Of a stretch of DNA of 64,000 nt, positions 38,901-52,700 are shown one piece after another. Origin of the DNA: Phoronis australis (lineage: Eukaryota; Animalia; Phoronida). Below the pieces are notes generated by a model. The model saw nothing but the letters and a program-made list of their open reading frames with translations. It was not told where the DNA came from and did not search any database. A program made the translations under genes and the position numbers. The first letter of the stretch is position 1; each line of letters opens with the position of its first letter. Location of the stretch: NCBI GenBank assembly GCA_002633005.1, contig NMRA01000140.1, positions 434,001 to 498,000 of the forward strand, in the 5' to 3' direction.

Positions 38901-39264
38901 GAAGTGAGCTAGTCACTATTCATGGGCTTGGCTGAAGTGTTGAATGAGATACATGTAAGAGCAGTCCTAAACAACACGTTATTAATTGCATCAGCTTCAA
39001 AGTCAAAAAATGAACAATAAGTAAGTCAAATGATAAACATTGACTGTTTTTAAAATTAAAAAGCAAATAGTAGCCATCTTTGAATTTTTAAAATAGATGC
39101 ATTATAAGAGAAATCAGCGAATAGGTTTTCTTCGGCATCGAGGGTAAGCCACGAGCATTAATTTGTGAATCAATTAGGACGGGTTAGTCACTGTCTGGCT
39201 TAGGCGTTGGGGTACCAAAACCCCAAATGTTAGGTAGGAGTTGTCTCATGAGAAGATACTTTTC

Positions 39265-39337
39265 CAGGGCAGTGCAGCACTGAAAAAAGTGGGGCACTAT
39301 AGCCCCCCCCCCGGCCCCCTATGGTGCGCCGTCTATG
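39265..39337 (+). mobile_element. MITE family A, copy 3, 5-bp TSD TTTTC
   Basis: ttttc|cagggcagtgcagcactgaaa...ccctatggtgcgccgtctatg|ttttc. Confidence 0.7.
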
Positions 39338-40729
39338 TTTTCTCACCGATAATGTCTCTTAAACAAGAACACACCAAAACTAACTAGCAGTTAACATAAT
39401 ATGAGAAAAATTATTTTAAAAAATCCCCATGCACAATAAAATAAAGATTTGATCTTCCAAGCTGTACTACCAATTACAGTTATCTAAAATTTCAATTTAA
39501 ATAATTATACAAAATTCATAACAGATATCCAAACTTGACTAGATCAACATCATTCAAAACTGCCATAGCCTAAAATGAGGTAATTAAGGCAAATACACAT
39601 GTTTTTTAATTGTGCGCAATTTGTTTTATCCTGCAAGTTTAGCTTCCTTCCATCTAGTGCAGCAACAGATGAGTTGAATTCACATTCATGAATGGAGTGT
39701 CAGTGCACAGTGGTGACACATACAGGCGGTTTTGTGAACTACACCTACAAATAACTCAACTTTTCTTTTAAGTGACCAGATTTCGATGTGCCATGGAACA
39801 TGACAATTATATGCAATGTTTCAAAACAGTGTTGATAATAATAATATCTGTTTTGAATAACATCTTCATTATTCAGTTGTTATCTAACTGTAAAGCTAGT
39901 TTTCACAAATTCCATGCAAAAATAATCTCCAGTTCCATCCACATTGCATTAAAACTACCTTCATAAATAATAAATGAGATAAATAAATTTCTTATAACCA
40001 ATAATCATCAAACAAACCAAGAACAAAGATAATTACTTGGTCAAAGAACATGTGCTTTGGATCCTAATCAAGTTTCAGGTAGTTTTCAAAAAAGTTAAAG
40101 CACTTTGACAAAGTTAAGGTGAAACCCCACATGAGAACTGTGGAGAAATGTTATAAATCAAATCATTTGCAAATGTTTGATGCCTACTGCCACCAACTGT
40201 TAAATGAGTCAAGATTTTGTCAACTATTTTTTGAAAAATGGCTGAATAAAAGTTTTGAAAAAAGACAGCTACACTATTGGTTTACACCAACAGTATCTAA
40301 CTTTAGAGGTTACATGTACTTTTCCATCCAGTTACCATCATCAGGATATCACTTCACTTAATATTTTTCCACTGTTCCCGTAAAATTAGGGAATAGCAGG
40401 TCAAACCTATATTACATATGAGTAATATATGTATTTTTGTGCAACACATCTTTGTTTCGCAGTCACCTGAACGGGGGGCCCATGGCTTCACTTCCCCCTC
40501 CCTCTGTGGCTATGTCAGTGGTGGTCACTCACCGTAGACTTTTTAATCACAGATATCTAGTTCTAGAAACTTCAAAAACATTGTCAAAAGTTGCATTAAT
40601 ATTGTGTAAATATTCATGAAAGCACCACAGCACATCTGTCATTTTAACTTGACAAGAAACAGAGGGGAAGAATTCTGCATCCATCTGAAGGCAAAGTATG
40701 GCACAAAGTTATTCACTGCATCTTCCGCA

Positions 40730-43700
40730 TTATGCTTCCACAATTGGCACATAATGGTTGTCACCTCGGAATTCCCGAGTAATATCTTCAATACTTCTGT
40801 TCTTTGTTTCCGGCACTTTGAAGTACGTGAAGATAATAAACACAAACAGAAGACCAACAAACGGGATGAAGGACGCTTTCTGGATCGATTTCTGAAACAC
40901 CCAAGAAATGTTTAAGAACAATCATAATGTAAATTTGGTAATAGTCTGATACGAGGTGCCTGCATTTTGAGAACTAGTTTTCTCTACTGAACAATAGGCA
41001 TCAAAAAGTGGGCACGTTCCATTGCCAAAACTACAGCACATGGCGTGACATAAGTGAATACATGCTCATAAAAATATGAATGGAAAAAGAAAACTACAAT
41101 GGAAAATTCGCGTCACTCATATCACTCATATGGGCACCAAATCTGGGAATACGAGCACAAATATGGTATCACTTGTACTTTCGGGCAGATTTTTGCAGGT
41201 ATTGAGTGCTTCAAATAATATTCGTCAGAATGAACAATAGGTTTTGGTTCAGAAACACACTGAAATGTTATGAAAGCTGTTCATCGACAACTTCAGTAAA
41301 AGTTGACCAAAAGCAGCAAGTCATGACTAATAAAGGTCAAAGTTCACGCAATTGTCTCAGTTCCTCATGTCATGGTGGTGACAATGCACTTGAATTTATT
41401 TCTCAAGAGTCAGGTATTTATCAATTTTTATGAAATTGCAGTTTTATAATTAAAGCAAATGAACTTCCAAATGTGTGCAAGGGATTTTATTTATTAATGT
41501 CATGACTTTTTGACGTGAAAGCAAAATTATATTTGTGTAATAGCTAAATCTCAAAAAGTAAAGTATAGCTTTACACTTGTAATTATTTGTTGAGGTCTAG
41601 AACTAGACCACAGGAAGTTTTTAAGAAAAGTGATGGCACATTTTGGAAGGATCGAGAAAAATGGACTTTATAGAAAGTCAAAAATTTTTTAAATGAATGA
41701 CTCAAAAGCTTTACTTTCCCCATGTTCTGAGTCATGTCTTACATATTTTAAAAACAGGAACACGAAATGTTTCTAACAACCTTAAAATAAAGGACTACAT
41801 GAGAATATTGAAATTAATAACAGTGAAAAAAACAATGACGAAAAAGGGTAAAAAATGAATACTAATTTCAAAACGTAAAATCAAGATTTCCAAAAAACAA
41901 AATTTAAGAGATGCCAGAAGAAAAATGTTAAGAAAAATGTCAAAATTTGGCTGATTGTGCGCTGCTCTTCAAATAACTAACGCAACTTACTTTCAAAAAC
42001 ATTTCACTTTAAATAGGGTACTATCAAAATTGAGACTTTTATGAAAAGAATCACAAATAGCATAAAACAAAAAGAAAATTCAGAAAACTATGACAACAGT
42101 TTTTTTGAGATTCCACCTAAGTAAAGTAATTGTTATATAAAAAGAAGTTTGTTCACATTGTCGTTAATGTTGCTTTGCTATGTACGTGGTTCAGTACAAC
42201 TAAATTTTTCTAAAAAGTCAAGGTCGTGTGATCCAATCACTATAATACAGTCTGCACTTAAATTCTACAAGCAGACTACTTTCAGAAAATAATTTATTAT
42301 ACACTTTTGTAGTTAAATTCAATAATTTTGTGAATATTTGTTTAAATTCACAGACTAGCTGATTAAGATACAGATGTCCTAAAATATTATGTGCACCAGC
42401 AGGTATCAGATTTAGATACGTCCACAAGAGATTATAACATTTTTGAATATTAAGACTATTACCTCTAAAATAGGATAAGTAAATCCCACTAGGAAATTAG
42501 CAAACCAGTTGACAAATACAGAGATACTCATGGCAGAACCACGCGGCCCAGACTCGAACAACTCGGCAACAATGAACCACGGAATGGGACCTGAAATACA
42601 ATACAAGACTACAAACAAAAAACATGGCTTAACTAATGAAGATTATGATTCATCCAGGCCCATGTATATGAATAATTATGAAATTCAGCCAGACGTACCT
42701 AATTAAAACAACTGGTTTGAGTGTAGTGCAAAGGAGGCTTTTTGAATCTCAGCTAAATCAGAGTGGTGGAGCAAAATTCAGCCTATCTAAAACCTGGCAG
42801 AGGACATTTCACTCTGACGCTACCCAACAGAGGTCGCGCCAGTATAGTTTCACAGGAAAGGCGGGAAGATCTGAGACCACCAGTGGACCATCTTCTGAAG
42901 AAGGGGACAGTTGTGACCCTCACAATACCAAGTTTTAACTAGGTATTCCGGTTGAAATATTCACAATTATTCATATGAGAAATATGGCAATTCCTCAATT
43001 ATATCTCACATGAAAATAAATGTCAAAATAACCATTTTCCAATATGAATAATATTATAATTGTAACAAATGACTATCAAAGTTTAATAATCCATTGTTCT
43101 GGAATAACAATTGTATATCAGAAATTTCCAGAAATATGCCTTATGGGTGGATATTTAGAGAAAGACCGTCATCTGGAACCAAATGAATGCTTGGGCAGAT
43201 GTTAGGAAACATGTGCGTAATGTACAAGCAAACTTAAAGCTCATAACGTAATTAATTCATGATGGACTGTCTTGTAACGAGCACATTCACTTATGCCTTT
43301 ACGGTGGAAGACATAAGTTACTCCACTCTCTGTTAACTAACGATGTTAAGATGAGAGTGGTCCAATGAATCAATTAACATATTTGTTTTTTGTTATTTTG
43401 ATGAACTATTAAAATGAGTGATAGCAGCGTGTCCAGTTTGTTATCCTTGAAGTCCATAAGATGGCGCTGTCTTGCACAATGAGTGAAGTAATGGTTGTTC
43501 TTTGCCAACAACAGAAGTCACTGTCATACAAAGAGTAGCCATTGTTTTGTGGTAATTAACCGCTTAGCACAATAACTTCAACTAACATTATGTTACTACC
43601 AATACAGTTCTTCATATTATCAAAGGTAAGTATAGAATGTATCTGATATTTACCTGGTCCAATTGCAAATGAGATGATGATAAGAGCTAATGCTACTATA

Positions 43701-46700
43701 CTAACATATGACATCCACTTGACTGTGTCCTGAAATAACCAAAAATATTATGTTTGTTTTAGGCCATAACATGACGATCAAGGTTTTCCCACCATACATG
43801 TTTTGTGTGTGTGCATTCATTCTCCTGATAATACAACTCAGTGGAAGTTGTGAAACATCAAGTACTCGTTATTAAAGATGGAATTTTATAAAAGCTTGAT
43901 TGTCATTTTTATCCTTAACCAAAAACATGCCACTCAATGATAACTGGCTTGAAAGTGACCACAGCTAGGACCCCGTCCCTACTTAGCGCGACTTATCAGA
44001 AATCAATGAATCTCTTGATTATGAATGTGAATTGAAACAATAATCTTCAGTCATCATTATTACATGTATACAACCACCAACAATCTCATAAAGAAAACGG
44101 AATTAAATGGTGCCAACTCAAAAATACAACTATTAAAGTGGGAAATTCGTAAAACACTATTGCCCAAATTTTTCTTGTTCTACATATAAAAGTCTACGAA
44201 AACAAGTTTGCAACGATAAAGAAATCACCCTGTGCTCTTTAGTGCCAGCAGAACCATACAAACTATTACTGAAAATTTTATTTGTAATTCCTCATGGAGT
44301 GGGTCGCATGACAACTCCTGTAACTGCCTGTTTGCAGGATGTATGTGTAGTACACATGAAAGTGAAACAGGCAGGCTCACTGAATAGTGATAGTGCTGCC
44401 ACCTACAGTTAAAAGTGTAACAGACAGACTCACTTAATAGTGATGGTGCTGCTACCTACAGTTAAATAGAATGCGAGGGTTAACAGCCCTGATGAGCAGA
44501 ATAAGCCCACAAGTCCTGACAGGTGTAACGTCCTCCGACCCAGCCTGTCAATCAAGATGGCTGATATGAAAGTCATGACGACATTAACTACGCCTGTACC
44601 CAGGGTAGCCAGAGCTGCGCTGTCAGCAGGGATACCAACATCTTCAAATATACTGGTCGAGTAGAAGATCACCTGGAGAAAAAGGAAATGTAAAAAACAT
44701 ATCAGGACAACAAACGTAACAATATTTCATTTTATGTACATGTTACATCACAAACTGATAGTGATATAAGACAAAGGAATCCCAGACCTAGTTTCTTCTT
44801 GCTCATCTGAAGTGGGAAAATAAAAATATAATAATTTCATTTTATGTTACCATTTGATCGTTAGTTTTTCTTCTTGCCAAAAATCCCTTTGAAGCAAAAT
44901 TTGAGGCCAACTTTGCAAATGATTTTTCCTTATTTTTTGACAGGCTCCTTTCTGACTTTCCTAAGTTTCAAAAAGAAAGCGATAGATTTCAAAAGAATTT
45001 TTTAATTCTACGTTGTAAACAAGCCTTTCAATATGACTTAAATGATGAAAATAGATAGTAACATAAAACAACTGTAAAAATTATTCAAATCATTCTAGGT
45101 CAGATAATTTGTAATGAGATAGAAATATAAGCACTCATTTGTGACTGGCAGTGCAGAGAAATTGGCAAAGCAAACCAACCTCAGGCACATTAAACTTGAG
45201 TTGAGCACATTTTGATTTAAGTTTGTCAAATGCAATCAAGTGTTTATTGTCAGCCACAAAAAATTCGAGTTCGACATTCTGAAATTAAATAGATTTTAGA
45301 AATTATAAATTAACCACCTACTAGGCAAAATTACGATTTTTCAAACGGTAATCTATTTTGTGCGCAGTACGCCACGAGCTATGTTGCAGAGTAACTGAAC
45401 AAGATGAGGATTGCGAATAATGTCATTTGGAAAACTAAAGAAGACTCTGCAAGATGGGAATGGAAAAAAATGCCACTGGCATGTACAATGAATTGCCCTC
45501 AATGATGGAACCAAAACAATAAAATACAAATAACGATATCAGCTCAATACGACCTTCTTTACAAAACAGCAAATCGTATTCTTCTCTTCAAAGTGGAGAC
45601 TTACCGCATTGATTCCAGAAAGCTGATTAGACAAGTGCAGCACAATGGAGATGATGATTGGTTTACGCAGAGAACTCAATTTAAACAAGTCAATAAAACG
45701 CACCTGGAAATGACAAAATATAAACTTAAGAAATGTAAAAATAACAGAACAATAAAATAATTCACAATAGACTAGTTTGTGCAAGTGGCAGGCATTTAAA
45801 GACACAAAACTGAAGTGTACACCATGTGTGATATCCACTAACACTGTAAAACATCATTTGATTGGCTACGGTGAAGTTTCCTACAAAACATATTTGAACA
45901 AAATTAATTTTGCAAAAACGGCAATTTTCCAACTTTCAAAAGCTAACTCTATTTGTTAAAAATGCTCAAATTTCAATGTCTGGTAATGACTGTTGTACAA
46001 TGTAAACTTTGGAAACGACAAAGTAAATTTGTCTACCTGTTTATTTTTGCCAAAATTTTGATAAAACAGTTTTCCCTGTACTGCTGTATTGTATTTTAAA
46101 TTGAAGAAACCTTACAACAGATGATCTAATAAGCAAGGCTACGAGAAACCAAGTCACATTTAGAAACTTAAGGTATAGTGATCATTCCTTTGATGCAGAT
46201 CGATAGACATCGATCTACCATTAGTTTGAGCTGATTGACAGAAAGTGAGTCCCAGTTACAGCCAGTAGGTGGCATTAGAGACTAACTGGCAGAGAAACAA
46301 GTACAGGGGGTAGACTGGGGGGTTTACTGCATGCAAAGTTATGACAAGTTAGAGCTCACTTTTGCCGCCCTCTCCATAGCTTGCTTTTCCTGTAGAATAC
46401 CATCTAGCTCGTTGTCGACGTCAATACTTTGTCTCAACACCATCAAGGCTAGAAAAAAAGAATACAATTTACAGTTTACTGTAACTCATTGTAAACATAG
46501 AGTAAATGTACAGTAACTCGTACCATAACAGACTGTAAACATAGAATAACTGACTATTAAATAATGTATAGTTACTGTAAAGATAGAATAACTGACTATT
46601 AAATAATGTATAGTTACTGTAAAGATAGAATAACTGACTATTAAATAATGTATAGTTACTGTAAAGATAGAATAACTGACTATTAAATAATGTATAGTTA

Positions 46701-49700
46701 CTGTAAACATAGAATAACTGACTATTAAATAATGTATAGTTACTGAACATAGAATAACTGACTATTAAATAATGTATAGTTCCTGTAAACATAGAATAAC
46801 TGATTACTAAATAATGTATAGTTACTGAACATAGAATAACTGACTACTAAATAATGTATAGAGTTACTGTAAACATAGAATAACTGACTACTAAATACTA
46901 ATGTATAGTTACTGTAAAGATAGAATAACTGATTACTAAATAATGTATAGTTACTGTAAAGATAGAATAACTGATTACTAAATAATGTATAGTTATTGTA
47001 AAGATAGAATAACTGACTATTAAATAATGTATAGTTACTGTAAACATAGAGTAACTGACTACTAAATAATGTATAGTTACTGTAAAGATAGAATAACTGA
47101 CTACTAAATAATGTATAGTTACTGTAAACATATAATAACTGACTACTAAATAATGTATAGTTACTGTAAACATAGAATAACTGACTACTAAATAATGTAT
47201 AGTTACTGTAAACATAGAATAACTGACTATTAAATAATGTATAGTTCCTGTAAACATAGAATAACTGACTACTAAATAATGTATAGTTACTGAACATAGA
47301 ATAACTGACTACTAAATAATGTATAGTTACTGTAAACATAGAATAACTGACTATTAAATAATGTATAGTTACTGTAAACATAGAATAACTGACTATTAAA
47401 TAATGTATAGTAATTCATTGTGAACATACAGTAAATCACTGTAAGTATAGATGAACTCAAAATAAACATAGAGTAACTCACTATAAACATACAATAACTC
47501 ACTATTAATGAAAAGAGACTCACTATAAAAATACAGTAAGTGATTCCATACAAACTAGGAATTGTGAGACAAAACCATGAAATGTACTGTGCTTTGAATA
47601 GTAACTAAAATAAGTGTGAGTCACACAGATTTTTTATACATAGTCAAACCACAAACTCTTGTTCCATTGTCAAGAAATTGTGTGCATAACTAATTATCTC
47701 GTGGGTACTGTTTAGTTCTGAATATACTACATGTTCCTCAAAACACTGGAGGTTTCACTATCCTCTTTTATCTTCATTCGGAGTTTTTTCTTTCAAGAAA
47801 GGGAGCAAAAGTTTTGAAATCAATCCATGCTTTAGAACCACTAAATGTTCCAATGCACTATATCAAATAACTTATAGCTAATTAGTCACATTTTCCTGTG
47901 CGCAAGAAAAATAACCTCAAAAGAGATGTCACCACCAGGCTTCAGTTGATGTGACCAGTTTTATCAGACCTCAGGACAGATAGTGCATATCGCCTACCTT
48001 GTTTGGCAGCAACCTCGTCGTTTTTATTGATGACCAGATGTTGAGGTGTTTCAGGGCAGAACGGGAGACTGATCAACTGCAGAACAGCAGGCGCAAGGGT
48101 CAAACCTGATTGTAGAAAGTAAACACAGTTTTGCGAGTCGTTGATATTGGGTCAAATTCAAACCAAACTCAAACTAAGATACTTTAGGCAGATATGAACA
48201 AGCGTGAAGGACATTAAGTTAAAAACAAAATTATTGTAAGTCATAACATCCATCACTCAAATGAAAACATTCAAGTGTCAGGCACCATTTTATACAAAAG
48301 GTAGAGAGTCACAGTTTGTGACAATACTCAGGGAGTATGGTAAGCCTATCCTCACAATAGTGAGGACCGTGCATACTTGTAAGCAATATTTTGTGAAAAA
48401 GAAGGGAAACACTAAGGATGTAATGTTCTTCAGAAAGTTAAACCTTAAAGGCTTTCATTTTCTTAACAATCTACTAAATATTTAGAACATTAAACAAGTT
48501 TCTTTGACCAAAAGAAATGCTTTGTAAAAAGTTTAACCTAAACATATTGATATTTTTGTGTGATTTTGGTACATTTAAGTTTTCAAAACATTGACAATTA
48601 ACACAACTGTATGGTTAAATTCTTAATAAATATCAATTTCAGTTCATTTAAAAATGTATTTATTTATTCTTTTATTTCATGTTGAGAGCATTATTTGGAA
48701 AAACGTGTCTAATTTGGTAAGCACTCAAGTGTAAATAGTGAACAGAGGTTGGGATCTTAACTTGATTTCCAAAGATTTTCGACGAAGGCTTGCTTTCTAG
48801 TTAAGTCAAACAGCAAAGATTTTTAAAAGGTAAATTGGCTAAACAATTATTAGGTTATCACTTTGAACAAATATTTGTCCATTTAATATTCAAATTATTG
48901 TTTTTACTTTGGTCCATACTTACCAAACAATAAAGGGAGATATTCATATTTTCCCAGCAGTGAGCGCAGACCAATGATTTGAGATACCACAGAGCCAAAC
49001 GTGAGTGTAAGCTGAGCGAGGGTACCAGCTAACCCTCGAATCTTTAAAGGAGCCGTCTCCGACAGGTAGAGTGGTGCAATACCTGAGCTGATACCTGCCA
49101 CAATAGCCAAACTTTATGACTTAAAAAAGCAAAAGTATCCCAAATGTTCAATTTATCATTCAGCAACTTTGCTGGCCATAATAACCACAAATAAGTTATT
49201 TCACATTAAAAAAGCAACTTAAAACACATTTTAACAGCTTTTGGTTGAATGGTATGAAAAAACGGTAACATTCATTAGTTAAACATTTCAACATTAAGGT
49301 ATATTGTACTCTTTGAGCTTAAGGTTTGTGAGACACTTGGTGCAATAAGAAGCCATGGGCGCTTACCACAACTGACGCCTATGATGAATCTTGCAGCCAC
49401 CAGTAATTCAAATAACATCAGTGGTTTTGAGGCTATAGCCAGACCAGCGCCAATCGTAATCAGTATGTTATTGAGAAGCATAGTACCTTTCCTGAAAGTT
49501 CACGTGTCTTTTGAACAGTAATGTTACGAACTTTGAATAAATAATTCATTGACTTGAGGACAGACCTCCATCTTCTAACTATACTTGAGTGCTCTTGGCA
49601 CTCGCTTTGCTGAACACATAAAACTAGAGAAGCCCACTGCTATTGTGACCACTTAGTTTCATCTGCCCACACTATCAATATCCACAATACTAGAGTTCTA

Positions 49701-52700
49701 TTCAGGGAGGAACTCTGGCACTCCTGCAAGATCAGAGAGGCCATTTACATTAAACAGTACAACTACCCACTGCTGTGACCAGGAACTTAATTAATGTCCT
49801 CCCATTCACGACAAGGCATTACTTCCGGTGCCACAAGGGCAGGAAGATCAGTCACGTCATCAAGGGCCTGAGCTGCAGACTTGAAACATAATGCTTAATA
49901 TCTAACTAGTTTTATAGTATTCTCTCATGGGGGCTGGGGGGGGGCTGTAGCCCTCACTTTTTTTCTGTGCTGTGCGGCCCACGATTGTAAGTGGAAAGCT
50001 AATTCCCCTCAGCTGAATCATCACTGACAGTGATTACTTAATAATAAGATTAAGCCACAGTCAACATGGTGAACAGATGAAATTTATTTTCTTTAAAGTT
50101 TTCTCAACAAAAATAACTTTTCAGGAAAATTAACTTTGCTTTTAGCATTATTTGTATAGCATATAAGTTATTACCAAACAATATATGGCAAATTTTTGGG
50201 CACTTGCAACAATGCAGTAAGTCTCTGGCTAAGAAGAAATATGGCAAATTTAGCGATTGTTTTTGTCCCAAATTGAAGATTTTTTTACTATGATAATTAT
50301 GTCAGGCCAAGCTCAACTCAATTAACATAGCAGCGTCGAATCCTTCCCGTAAAAGTAACTGATGAACTCCATTTATTTCATTCTTTTATCATGCATGAAA
50401 TGCTGACTACTGCATTGCAAAAAATAATAAAGGGTTCTTCATAGATCCCACGGTGGTTTCAAAAGATTGTTTTGCACGGGGCTTCTGTCAGCAGATAACT
50501 CTTGGCTTCCGGAGAAACGATCAGTTTGTTATTGCTTGGGAACATACTCTGCGCAAATGTTGACCAAATCGATAAGCTTAGTCTTGAGTAGTGTGAACTT
50601 CTCAAGAGTAAAAATGACCGAGAGTTTAAAGAAAAAGTTGGGGTCAATTATCTACAACTTACAGTAAATTAAGAATTTAGTATTTCATAGAAGAGTGTCT
50701 TTGTTATGGCTTTAAAGAGGCCAGGAATGTGAAAAACATACTAAATTGCATTATTCACAGTGATTCTCCGCCACTGAAACCGAATTCAACTTGTTCACCA
50801 AATATTTTTACAGTTTGCTCGTAAAGATTTTGAATTTATGTTGATATCAAAGAATTTCTTGTTTAATTAGTTTCAAATTTAAAAAAAAAACAATCTGTCA
50901 GCTGCTCGTCACTTTGCTGATTTTCCTCCCTCATGGCAAGACAGACAGAGCACATTTCCCTTATATGGAAAATGTGACCCTTGACATTTAATGAAAACAA
51001 AACAATCATTGCTGGGAGACCTCAAGCAGCAGTCTGATTAAGAGAGAATTGATGTTTATTAAAATTAGTTACAAAGGTATTCAAATACATTCTAAAATTC
51101 ACTTGGAATTCTCTTTGGGAAATCTCTTGTTTTACTGGCATGTCACATACTGTGGTATTGACTTCAGATTCGGAGTGCAATAACACATGACAATCTGCTT
51201 AATACCCTTCTTGTCAGTCAACTATTTGTCGAATGACTGTGCGTGTGTGTGGACACATTTATCAGAAGTGGGAGGAAGATTAGAAACTCTGTGGTGACTA
51301 CAGAGTTTTTCCTTCGCGTGTACTTAAANTAAGTTAAAAACAAAATTATTGTAAGTCATAACATCCATCACTCAAATGAAAACATTCAAGTGTCAGGCAC
51401 CATTTTATACAAAACGTAGAGAGTCACAGTTTGTGACAATACTCAGGGAGTATGGTAATCCTATCCTCACTATTGTGAGGACCGTGCATACTTGTAAGCA
51501 ATATTTTGTGAAAAAAGAAGGGAAACACTAAGGATGTAATGTTCTCCAGAAAGTCAAACCTTAAAGGCTTTCATTTTCTTAACAATCTACTAAATATTTA
51601 GAACATTAAACAAGTTTCTTTGACCAAAAGAAATGCTTTGTAAAAAGTTTAACCTAAACATATTGATATTTTTATATGTTTTTGGTACTACATTTAAGTT
51701 TTCAAAACATTGACAATTAACACAACTGTATGGTTAAATTCTTAATAAATATCAATTTCAGTTCATTTAAAAATGTATTTATTTATTCTTTTATTTCATG
51801 TTGAGAGCATTATTTGAAAAAATGTGTCTAATTTGGTAAGCACTCAAGTGTAAATAGTGAACAGAGGTTGGGATCTTAACTTGATTTCCAAAGATTTTCG
51901 ATGAAGGCTTGCTTTCTAGTTAGGTCAAACGGCAAAGATTTTTAAAAGGTAAATTCATTTGGCTAAACAATTATTAGGTTATCACTTTGAACAAATATTT
52001 GTCCATTTAATATTCAAATTATTGTTTTTATTTTGGTCCATACTCACCAAACAGTAAAGGGAGATATTCATATTTTCCCAGCAGTGAGCGTAGACCAATG
52101 ATTTGAGATACCACAGAGCCAAACGTGAGTGTAAGCTGAGCGAGGGTACCAGCTAACCCTCGAATCTTTAAAGGAGCCGTCTCCGACAGGTAGAGTGGTG
52201 CAATACCTGAGCTGATACCTGCCACAATAGGCAAACTTTATGACTTAAAAAGCAAGAGTATCCCAAATGTTCAATTTACCATTCAGCAAGTTTGCTGGCC
52301 ACAATAACCACAAATAAGTTATTTCACATTAAAAAAGCAACTTAAAACACATTTTAACAGCTTTTGGTTGAATGGTATGAAAAAACGGTAACATTCATTA
52401 GTTACACATTTCAACATTAAGGTACTCTTTGAGCCTAAGGTTTGTGAGATACTTGGTGCAATAAGAAGCCATGGGTGCTTACCACAACTGACGCCTATGA
52501 TGAATCTTGCAGCCACCAGTAATTCAAATAACATCAGCGGTTTTGAGGCTATAGCCAGACCAGCGCCAATCGTAATCAGTATGTTGTTGAGAAGCATAGT
52601 ACCTTTCCTGAAAGTTCACGTGTCTTTTGAACAGTAATGTTACGAACTTTGAATAAATAATTCATTGACTTGACGACAGATCTCCATCTTCTAACTATAC

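Noticed and set aside
46469-47553. Repetitive Tyr/Ser-rich ORFs of up to 213 aa
   Set aside because: Translation artefacts of the 42-bp minisatellite inside an intron.
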